A stretch of 64,000 nt of DNA from Scyliorhinus canicula (taxonomy: Eukaryota): the NCBI RefSeq assembly GCF_902713615.1, contig NC_052171.1, forward strand, positions 1,426,001-1,490,000, given 5' to 3'. The notes beneath the pieces are model-generated. The model saw only the letters and a program-made list of their open reading frames with translations, was not told the DNA's origin and ran no database searches. Both the position numbers and the translations under genes were made by a program. Below are positions 11,201 to 23,200 of the stretch, piece by piece. Each line of letters begins with the position of its first letter. The stretch's first letter is position 1.

Positions 11201-14200
11201 TGTTCTCAACAGTAATATTTCTCTTTCCCCAAGAGCATAGAAACAACCTAGCCCAAATACTCCTCTTCGGCTGTCACTCGGCTTGACTACATTCTATACA
11301 GATATTCTAAATCTTCTTCTAACATCAAAATTGATTAGTGTGTCTACCCAATTAACTGGTCAAATTTCTCTCAATGCTCTTGACATTTTTTGTTCAATTT
11401 ATAGTACCCAATTATTTTTTTTCCAATTAAGGGGCAATTTTTAGTGTGGCCAATCCACCTATCCAGTACATCTTTGGGTTGTGGGAGTGAAACCCATGCA
11501 GACACGGGGTGAATGTGAAAACTCCTCATGGCCAGTGACCCAGGGCCGGGATTCGAACCCGGGTCCTCAGCGTTGTTGGCAGCAGTGCTAACCACTGTGC
11601 CACCATAATGCTCTTGACTTTATGTTGCTCATGGACACAATTCTATACGAATTGTACTTCCCTTCCAAGTCAAACAGCTAAACAGATATTTTCCACCATT
11701 CCACTATTTTCTGTTCTACTCCCAACCTTTATTTAACTAAAGATCTGCCAACCTAACTTATTACAAGGTAGGGTAGACAGAACATGTTCCACCAAGCACA
11801 TGCAGTGCACAAGTAACTGTAGAATGACATTGCAACTGTCTCAATTTTAGTAGATTCTGTCTGGTATTGGTAAAATACATAAGAAACAAAGATTAGCTCT
11901 TGTTTGATCTTTCTTTTCCCCTGCATCTTGTATCTTTCCAATTAAAATTCATCTTGACTTTATTTCTAAAGCGCTTACTGAACCTGTTTTCATTTATTTT
12001 CACTCTAAACTGTGCCTTTGCAGTTGCAATGTCCAGTCTTGTGCTATTGCACAAAACTGAAATTGGGTTGGTTCAGAATCAGCTGCAAAGGAGTTGACAG
12101 TCATGGCCTTGAAGACTGGGCTGGCTGTTGAACAGACTGTGGTAATTCCCCAGGCTACTGCAGTATGAGAATGGGCACTCTGGCCAGTTAACAAACTACC
12201 TCTGCACTCGTCAAGCAAAGTGGTTTCACGAAGCAGATTACCTCAGGCAGTTTTCCAGGATTCAGCAAGTTTTAAACTGCGTGGTGCTCGTGACTCCAGT
12301 TCTACACAAGAGAATCCTGCCCCCCGCCACCCAAAAGGCCAGGATTTAATAAATTAAAAATAAATCACAGACAGGGTTCTGGCAGCAGAGAAGTAGAATC
12401 ACTGAATCCCTATAGTGCCGAAGCAGGCCATTCAGCCCATTGAGTCTGCACCAACCCTCTGAAAGAGTACTTCATCCAAGCTTACTCCTGTGCCCGATCC
12501 CATTAATCCCTTAATGTAACCTAGACATATTTTTGGACACTAAGGGGTAATTTAGCATAGCCACTCCACCTAACTGCACATTTGGGCTGTGGGAGGAAAC
12601 CAGAGCACCCAGAGGAAACCCACGCAAACACGGGGAAAATGTGCAAACTCCACACGGACAGTGATCCAAGGTCGGAATTGAACCTCGGTCCCTGGTGCTG
12701 CGAGGAAGCAGTGCTAACCACTGTGCCACCCATGGAGGTGAAAAATCTATCCTTAAATATATTCTTTGCTGGTTGTCTGTACAGCTTCAGGACCTTCATT
12801 TCAGCCTACATCACATTACATTCCAGCACCAAATGCTTCCCTTTCAGCACATTGCACTCGAAACATTCCTATATGCTGCAGTCATCACATCTTTATTCCA
12901 GTGGAATCCACACACTGCGGGACTGAATGCCCTCACCCACACACTGCAGGACCCACACACTGCAGGACCCACACACTGGGGGACTGAATGCCCTCACCCA
13001 CACACTGGGGGACTGAATGCCCTCACCCACACACTGCAGGACTGAATGCCCTCACCCACACACTGGGGGACTGAATGCCCTCACCCACACACTGGGGGAC
13101 TGAATGCCCTCACCCACACACTGGGGGACTGAATGCCCTCACCCACACACTGCAGGACCCACACACTGCAGGACTGAATGCCCTCACCCACACACTGCAG
13201 GACTGAATGCCCTCACCCACACACTGGGGGACTGAATGCCCTCACCCACACACTGGGGGACTGAATGCCCTCACCCACACACTGGGGGACTGAATGCCCT
13301 CACCCACACACTGGGGGTCACTGCACAGGTTACTCACTCAGGTAATCCGGTACGTTCTTCATGTGCGGCTTCACAATAGCCGGGTGCAGAGGTTTATCGT
13401 GTCGCAACAAATCAAGGTCTCTCGGATTGTCCTCAAAATAGGTCTGCAAAAGCAAAGCAGCAAGTTCAGTGAAGAACGTGACATAAACACACTCACTTTT
13501 ATCAAACCAGCTTATCCCTCAAACTTCACTTTCTTTTGGAGCTTTGTCTCCATCTGGTGCAGACAACTACTTGAGTTAGCTCAGTACATTGGGAGGTTCA
13601 AGAGAGCACCACGCTTTCTCACCTTCAGTTTCTCTGAGTTGAGCAGTTCCTGTTTGATTTCTTTCAGCCGAGCCTCTTTAATGGATTGCTTTGTAACTGA
13701 ACGCATGGCATCCTGCAAAGAGATAATCTATATTATCACTAACAGCACAGGCAAAATCAATACCCCAAAATCACTAACAGCACAGGCAAAAGCAATACCC
13801 CGAAATCACTAACAGCACAGGCAAAAGCAATACCCCGAAATCACTAACAGCACAGGCAAAAGCAATACCCCGAAATCACTAACAGCACAGGCAAAAGCAA
13901 TACCCCGAAATCTAATCTCAACGACCAAGGCACAACCTTCTTTCAAAAAAGCCTTTGACAAAATAAATGACCCAATGCACTTCACAGCTTCAACTGTGAA
14001 GCAAAATTCAATACAAAGCACAGAATGGATATTCAGACATATCACCAAATGCTTTGCCGAAGAGCTTTAGGTTTTAAGAAGCATTACAGAATTGCTACGA
14101 TGCAGGAGGCTATTCAGCCCATCGCGCCCGATCTAAGCCCATGCCCCCGCTATAGCCCCGTAACCCAGTAACCCCACCTAACCTTTTGGACACTAAAGGC

Positions 14201-17200
14201 CAATTGAGAATGGCCAATCCACCTAACCTGCACATCTTTGGACTGTGGGAGGAACCCACGCAGACATGGGAAGAAAGTGCAAACTCTAGACAGATAGTTA
14301 CTGACGGTCGGACTCAAACCTGGGTAGCTGGCACTGTGAGGCAGCAGTGCTAACCACTGTGCCACCATGCCATCCATCTTAAAGGAGGAAAGAGAGAAAA
14401 AGAGGCGGTAAGTGCTCACTGCCTCTCAGAATACAAGGGAAGTACATCAATCCTTCAGAACAGTTTGTAACATCCGCTCCATTTTAATGTTCAGAAGATC
14501 TGAATTCAGAGGCTGGTTCAGGGGCTGGTTTAGCTCACTCAGCTAAATCGCTGGCTTTTAAAGCAGACCAAGCAGGCCAGCAGCACGGTTCGATTCCCGT
14601 ACCAGCCTCCCCGGACAGGCGCCGGAATGTGGCGACTAGGGGCTTTTCACAATAACTTCATTGAAGCCTACTCGTGACAATAAGCGATTTTCATTTCATT
14701 TTCATTTCATTTCATTTCATTTTCATTTCAGATGGTTGAAGTACATAAATAAGATATATTATGACACAACATTGGGCTGAATTAAGAAGGGTCGGTACCT
14801 CTCTGCACACTTCCTTTCAGCCAGGACTGCACAGGCCACATGCAGTGTATTTCCCAGAAAGCATCACACAGGAACAGGAAACGGGCAGGTATAAAAAAAG
14901 GGGACTCGAACAGAGCTTTAAGTGTGCATGAATTCCCTGTCTACAACGCAATACTCTTGCCACTGTTACAGTATGAAAATCTTAAATCTTGGAGAGACTG
15001 GATAAGGCAATGTAATGGAAACCAGCAAGTTCCAAGCCATCTGTTATCGTCATACCTTACAGCGATAGCGGAAGCCCTCAATCTCCTCAATGCGAAACTG
15101 GTAGGGTTTCAAAGCACAGTCCAAATTTTCTGTCAATATTGAACAAAGAACATAAAACAATTACAAAACAGTTGCTCAAAGATCATGTGCAGCCTGTTAC
15201 TGAAGAGTGAGAGAAGCTTTTCTGCATGATGGAGGAGAAAACACGGGTTTGGGGAGGGGGGGGGGGGGGGGGTGTCATGGCGGGAGAAGCAGTGGAGCAC
15301 TTAAGAAAGCACATTAGTGGGAGGATGTGTTGCAATGTTCTGCACCAAGTCTTACTTGTACCATCCAGGCACAGTTGTGGCAATTTTTCTTTTAACCCAG
15401 TAAGACAATTGGCGCCACATTCCAACCTTATATTTCCAGTAAATGGCATAGTGCTGGCCAGAGAGATACTGTACATATCTCAGGAACACGGTCAGACTTC
15501 TTACTATCAGGGATCTGCTCAACACTGAAAGCGGTACAAACATGACTTCTCACTGAACCACTTTCAAACATACATCACAGAAATGGCCCAAGTACTTTTC
15601 AGTTCCAATGTGATGCAAACATTGCATTTTCTACACCTCCATGGCATGCAAGCATTGTTGGCAAGGTCAATATTTGTTGCTGAGCTCCAAGTGCCCTGAG
15701 TCACCCTCTTAAACCGCTGCCATCCACGTGGTGTAGGTATTCCCACAGTGTTGTTCAAAAGGGAGCTCCAGGAGTTTGATCCAATAACAGTGAAGCAAAG
15801 GCGATACAGTTCCCAGTCAGGATGGTTTGTGCTTTGGAGGGGGTCCCTCTGCAGGTTGTGTTGTTCCTCTGCTTTTGTTGCCTTCGTCTTTCTAGGCGTT
15901 GAGGTCAAATGTTTTCAAAGTGCTGTCAAAGGAGACTAAGTGAGCTGCTGTTATCCATCTTGCAGATGGTCCACAGGCTGTGATTGTGCACGGATGGTGG
16001 AGGGTGTGAATATTTGAGGTGGCAGATGGACTGTTGATCAAGGAGGACGCTTGGTCCTGGATGTCAGTGAGGAGCACTTTGCAGGGTTGAGGTGAGAGAG
16101 CAATGACTGAACTGAATAATTATTCCCCATTGTAACTGCGATTTAGGTTCTAATAAACCCTTCATCAGGCTGTGCCTTTGTCGTTTCAACATCTGGGTCA
16201 ATAACTGATTAATCGCTTGTTTTTATTCGAACTCGACTTTTCTGTAGTTTGAAAAAATTGGCTTGTTGGGTCATTTCAACCCACATGACTGCAGGTCTGG
16301 AGTCACGAAGGGCAGACCGAGCCAAGACAGAAGACTTCCTTCCCTTCAGAACATCAGTGAATCAGCTGAATTTTATGACAGTCCAATCGTTTCATGGTCA
16401 CTGTTACGAAGGTTTGATTTCTATCCCAGCTGTTTCTTTTATTCATTAATTAAATTTCATGAGCTGCCTTGGTAAAATCTGACCTCATGTCACTGTTCTC
16501 GTGCAGAGGGAGTCAACACCTCTCCTCAGCCCTTTCACCTGGACATCACTGGCTTTGAGTGACAAACACAGATTCACATTATGCTTCTCTGCTTCACAAA
16601 CCACAACCAAACAGCGTTTCAGACATGGGGCAAAAAAGATAAACATGTCCTGAACAAACCTCCTGTTAGTCCTTCCTCTACAAGCTGGAGTAGCGTCAAC
16701 TCCGTATGAGACACGAACGTTAAAGCCGTACCCCGATTATCTGCACGAGCTGTCCTGTGAGAACAAATGGAAACAGAATTTTCATTATCCATCTAGGTCA
16801 GGTGACTGTTACATTACTTCACTGAAAGGGAAGGTAGCGGTACATGCGATAGTCATGAAGGACATTTGGCATGTCAACTACGACTCTCACCAACTTTCAC
16901 AGATGCACCATAGAAAGCATTCTTCCTGGTTGTATCACAGCTTGGTATGGAGCCTGCTCTGCCCAGTGAATGTAGCCCAGTTCATCACGCAAACCAGCCT
17001 CCCATCCATTGACTCGATCTATAATTCCCACTGCCTCGGAAATGCAGCCAGCATAATTAAGGACCCCACACACCCCGGACATACTCTCTTCCACCTTCTT
17101 CCCTCAGGAAAAAGATACAAACTTTTGAGGTCGCGTACCAACCGACTCAAGAACAGCTTCTTCCCTGCTGCCATCAGACTTTTGAATGGACCTATCTCAT

Positions 17201-20200
17201 ATTAAGTTGATCTTTTCTCTATACCCTTGCTATGACTGTAATATTATATTCTGCAGTCTCTCCTTCCTTCCCTAAGTAAGGTATGCACTGCCTGTATAGC
17301 GTGCAAGAAACAATACTTTTCACTGTATACTAATACATGTGACAATAATAAATCAAATCAAATTACAAGATGATCGAGGTCAAAAGGGGACCAAACATTA
17401 AAGTGACAGAAGATGGGAAAGATGCTTGGTGTACAAGTGCCCATTGTACCTCACCTGCCAACGCGATGTATGTATGAATCCACTGTCAGTGGGAAGTCAA
17501 AGTTAATGACATTCGACACATTCTGAAAATCTACACCCCGGGAGACCCCATATTCACGGTCCTTCACTCTGAAACAAAGGAGACAGACCTGTTGAGTACG
17601 AACATAGAACATAGAACAGTACAGCACAGCACAGAACAGGCCCTTCGGCCCTCAATGTTGTGCCGAGCCATGATCACCCTACTCAAACCCACGTATCCAC
17701 CCGATACCCGTAACCCAACAACCCCCCCTTAACCTTACTTTTATTAGGACACTACGGGCAATTTAGCATGGCCAATCCACCTAACCCGCACATCTTTGGA
17801 CTGTGGGAGGAAACCGGAGCACCCGGAGGAAACCCACGCACACAGGGGGAGGACGTGCAGACTCCACACAGACAGTGACCCAGCCGGGAATCAAACCTGG
17901 GACCCTGGAGCTGTGAAGCATTTATGCTAACCACCATGCTACCCTGCTGCCCCTAAGATGAGTAAAAGCTGCAATTGAGACCGACACACCCCCAGAAGGT
18001 GAATAAACTCGTGCAATCGGCAAACCCCAAACTCAGAGACAGGAAAATCCAGCTCACGGGCTTCCAAAGTTAGAATAACTAAACCAGGAATCCCGGGTTT
18101 ACAAAACAACTTCACGTCATTTGGAAGTTGTAATCCTCCATTTTAAAGTATCAGATCTCCAACTGTTAGAAAATTAATGATGCTTACTTTGCTCCTTTAG
18201 TGTGTTTCTTTTTGTTCTTTCCCCCCTCTGCACTGGTCACATCCGTCAGAACATGTTCATCTGTGGCAATGATGTAATCATAGAAACCCTGATTGAACTG
18301 ACCAATGATATGGCACCTGATGAAGAAACACAGCAGTCAGGCAAAGCACTCCCCTGGAATCACAGGTTCAAGCAGTCATCTCTCTCTTTAAGACCAGTTT
18401 CTCTTCTCACATTTCACAATTGTTGGTGCGCGCGAGTTCTTTTTAAAAACCGAGATTGACACTGTGTGTTCTGGTCGGGACACGTGAGCATGCAAGCTGG
18501 AGTGCAGAGAAAGCACACACACAAAGCAAGAAAACAGCAGTCCATTTATTCCAGAGGTGCCCTACCTGGAATACACTGGTAGTTCAGAGTTTAGGACACA
18601 TGCCAAAATGCTGAACTGCTCCAGGAATAGTTTCAGTCGGTAGCACCTATAGATGGAATTCACAAAAATGATGGTCTTGCCACGGACAAGGGAGAGTTTA
18701 AGTAATGTGTAAATCAGCAGGAACTTCTCGTCTTCCTCACATTTAATTTGGTACTGGGTCAGTTGGGAGCTGTCTGGAAGCTGAGATTCTTGCAACTTCA
18801 GAATCACCTGTAGAGGTAAAAAACAAAATCAGGTAACAAGATACAATCAAAGGCACACACATACACACACGATTTGCTTGTCTGTCAGTGCCGTGCACCA
18901 GAATGAAGCACTTTTATCCAGCTGCAGCTTGGTAATGTGCCTCTTGCTAAAAAGTTACAAACCAGCTGGATTCGGAACAAAGAGCTGACATGCGAGAGAC
19001 AATACTTCCAAAAGCTGAATCTGGTAACACATTGCACAATCCACCCAGCAGTGGAAAAACTTGTATTTATACAGCATCAAATGAATTACTCCCTGAAGCA
19101 CACTCACACTTTTGCAAGTGAATGTGACAGCCAAGTGCTGAGGGGAAAAATTAAGATGGAAGAAAAATTCAAAGAGAGTTGATGAAGAGCAAGCAAATGT
19201 GGTTATTATTTGCTGGAATTAGCTAATAAAGTTGTTGAGAATTGGATGTTGTTTGAGAAAAGGGAGTGTCTCAGAGTTTCACGTCAATGTAGTAGTTGGG
19301 GACCAAGGGGTAGTTTCATGTCAAATTGTGTGTGTTGAGTCACCAGCAGTAAACGCGAGTGCATTGTAGTCCTTTCTTGTTGTGTGTCTTTGTGTCGTTC
19401 TTTTAAGTTAATAGATATTCTTTATTAATTGTTCACACGACTGGACTGTTCCTCATTGGGTTGCACTTCGTTGCTCACATTGTCTGTGTGGGTTTTCTCC
19501 AGGGGCTCCGGTTCCCTCCCACAGGTCCTGAAAGACGTGTTTGTCGGGTGAATTAGATATTCTGAATTCTCCCTCGGTGTACCCCAACAGGCGCAGAGAG
19601 TGCGGCGACTCGGGGATTTTCTTGCAACACGAACAAAGATTATTGTGATACCAGAAAAAACACATACACAACTATGAACCTGTGTTCCAAGTTTGTTTTT
19701 TTTTATTTAGAGTACCCAATTCATTTTTTCCAATTAAGGGGCAATTTAGCATGGCCAATCCACCTATTCTGCACATCTTTTGGGTTGTGGGGGCGAAACC
19801 CACGCAAACACGGGGAGAATGTGCAAACTCCACACGGACAGTGACCCAGAGCCGGGATCGAACCTGGGACCTCAGCGCCGCGAGGCAGCAGTGCTAACCC
19901 ACTGTGCTGCCCTTGTGTTCCAAGTTATGGGTTTTGAGATACCCTCGCATTTAACATCATTGTGGTTCATAACGCAATAGTGTGAGACTAGAATTTGCTA
20001 ACTGGTTCAGGGTCATGCTGGTTGAGGGACGAATGTTGTCGAACTCCACCTTGATCGTCTTTGAAAAAGTGACATTTCCAAGCACATCTGAACAGATGGG
20101 CAACATGGTAGCACAGTGGTTAGCACTTTTGCTTCACAGCGCCTGGGTCCCAGGTGCGATTCCCGGCTCGGGTCACTGTCTGTAAGGAGTCTGCACGTTC

Positions 20201-23200
20201 TCCCCTGTCTGCGTGGGTTTACTCCGGGGGCTCCGGTTGATCCCACAAGTCCCGAAAGACGTGCTGTTGGGTAATTTGGACATTCTGTGTACCCCAACAG
20301 GCGCCGGAGTGTGGCGACTTGGGGCTTTTCACAGTAACTTCATTGCGGTGTTAATGTAAGTCTACTTGTGACAATAAAGACTGTTACATGGGGTCTCAGA
20401 TAGGGTAGCACGGTGGCACAGTGGGTTAGCCCTACTGCTTCACGGTATGTAGGTCCCAGTTTCGATCCCAGCTCTGGGTCAATGTCCGTGTGGAGTTTGC
20501 ACATTCTCCCCATGTCTGCGTGGGTTTCACCCCCACAACCGAAAGATGTGCACGGGAGGTGGATTGGCCACTTTAAATTGCCCCTTAATTGGAAAAAAAG
20601 AATTGGGTGCACTAAATTTATTTTTTTTAAATGCGGTCTCAGATTAACATCTCATCTCAAGATCTGAACACTTTGCTGGGTCCCACACTGAAACCTGTAA
20701 AACACACTCACGTTCCAGAATAGAACCAACAATTTCATGATTCAAAGGTGGCAGAACTATCTCTCAGCTGGGGCCGACAACGGGTTTCTCACATAGAATT
20801 CTTTCAAAGTTTCCTTACCGGATTGTGAAGAACCAGTTCCTTCAGTGCCTGAACATCCTCGTTAAACGTGGCGGACATCAAGAATGCTTGATAAATCTTC
20901 GGAAGATGCCTGTAAGCAGACAGAATAAGCCTGTTAGACAATGCTCTATCGGAGTGACCCCGAATGGCCTCAATGTTACCAAGACTACAACAGTCACAAT
21001 GATCAGCACAACACACAAAAAGAGTACAGGCAGTGAGCTGGTTTGACAATTTCACACATTTAGCAGACAAATCATACCGCCAGTGGACACTTACACAAGA
21101 TATTTCCTAGCAGTAGGTTGGCAGATAGAATCATTGAATTTACAGTGCAGAAGGAGGCCATTCGGCCTCTCAGGTCTGCATCGGCCCTTGGAAAGGGCAC
21201 CTTACTTAAGCCCATGCCTCTACCCTATCCCGGTCACCCAGTAAGCCCATCTCACCTTTTGGACACAAAGGTGCAATTTATCATGGCCAATCCAGCTAAC
21301 CTGCACATCTTTGGACTGTGGGAGGAAACCGGAGCACCCGGAGGAAACCCACGCAGACACAGGAAGTGCAAACTCCACACAGACAGTAACAGTGCTAACT
21401 GTACCACCGATTGGACCAATAGTTGGATATGATCACAGATAAACATGTCCAGACAGCTTGCCCAAGAGCGCTCATGGCAAAAGTGTTGTCACTGCGCACG
21501 TGGCACACCAGTGTTCAAAAACTGTCGGGAAAAGGTCTGCAAAGGCCTTCAACAGTGTGTGACATGCTTCTTGTGCACTGCCCCTATATCAGCACGTCCA
21601 ACTGCTTGCAATAGTAAGGCCACAACCAGCAGTTTCCTTCAGAAATGCCCTCTTTTGACAACACCCCATCCTCAGATGTGTCAAATGATACAACTGAGTG
21701 TTACTCAGCTGACTCCACTCACCCAGCTTTTCCTCGTACACTTCAAAATCATTTCTCTTCAGATACTTATCCAAGTTTCAAAGCCCCGAATTTGTGAAGC
21801 TCCCTCACACAGTCAGAGGGTGCATTCCAAATCCTCACCACAAATCGTTCGAAAAAAATATTTTTCTCATCTTCAGTTCTTTGGCAATTCACCTTAAATC
21901 GGGGTCAAGCCTCCCACCCAAGTGGACTGTTTCTTCCTCTCCACTCTGTCTACTTCTCTCATGATTTTGAACAGAGGTTGAAAAAAGCGACTTACTGGGC
22001 GGCATGGTGGTTAGCACTGCTGCCTCAGACCGATCCCGGCTCCGGGTCACTGTCTGTGTGGAGTTTGCACATTCTCCCCTTGTCTGCATGGGTCTTGCCC
22101 GTAAACCCAAAGATGTGTAGGGTAGGTAGATTGGCCACGCTATATTGCACCTTAATTGGGGAAAAAAGTGGAATAAAACGACTTACCCGAGCAAGTTCTT
22201 CAGGTCATTTTCAAACCCAAAAGAGAAGAGCAGGTCAGCCTCATCAATCACGAGCATTTCCAGTGATGTGCACAGATCCAGGGTGTGCTGTTCCAAATGC
22301 AGCAGAATACGGGAGGGTGTCCCGATTACAATGTCAGGCTTCTCCATCAGTATGGGCCTGAAACAGAGAGCCAAGACTCAGTAGGTGCACGCAGTGAGAT
22401 ATAAAAAACAGCGCCCAAACATCATGCCCTCTCATTTCATACCTCTGTGCAGACACATCCGCTTGTCCCGAGACATCAGCCACTCGAACATCCCGCACAC
22501 AACATGAGGTAAGCTGTCGGATCATGTGCTGTACTTGCTGGCCGAGCTCCTTGGTGGGAACCAGCACGAGGGCTCGCACTGCCTGCTCACAGACTGACTA
22601 GAGGAGCAACAAAATGTTTTTTGTTTAATCTAGCTGCGTCACTGGCATCACATGCACTTTCTGCTGCACTACTAATCAGCAGCAAAAATAGTCCAATTCC
22701 ACAGAACACTTGGTTCCGGCTCTTGGTTTGTTCTGCACTCATTTAAACCTCCCTGAACTCCACACCGCTGAGGGTGAGGAATGCATGCTGCAGAGGCTGA
22801 GTGGAGGGAGATACAAACTCCATCAATGGCTATACAATGGAAGCGTGAACAAGCTCTTTGGCAATCTCAAAGGGATTTTGATTTGCTGCTGATTTCGGTC
22901 AACTGCTAAAATGAGACACAATTTCCAATATCGGAAAGAGGAAATCAAGAAAATTTTGGTCACAAGTGCAGTCTGTAGTTACGTTCCCTCAACAACTTAT
23001 TCTGATTACAATGTCTGCAATTATATGGAACCTTCCCAATTCTGACCATTAAACCGGTAACCTTTAGCCATTAAAAAACAAGACAAATAAATTCTCTGCA
23101 GGAGCTTATTTACCTTTTTAGTATTAAGAAGACGCTCAATGATGGGGATAGCATATGCCGCAGTTTTTCCCGAGCCTGTACGTGCTCTGGCCAGGAGATC

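Noticed and set aside
12908-13909. CRISPR-like appearance of the 29- and 35-bp repeats
   Set aside because: Head-to-tail units with no unique spacers, no cas genes, eukaryotic intron.
14521-14605. Possible tRNA gene
   Set aside because: The A/B-box head runs into a SINE tail and recurs at 53829, so it is a SINE.
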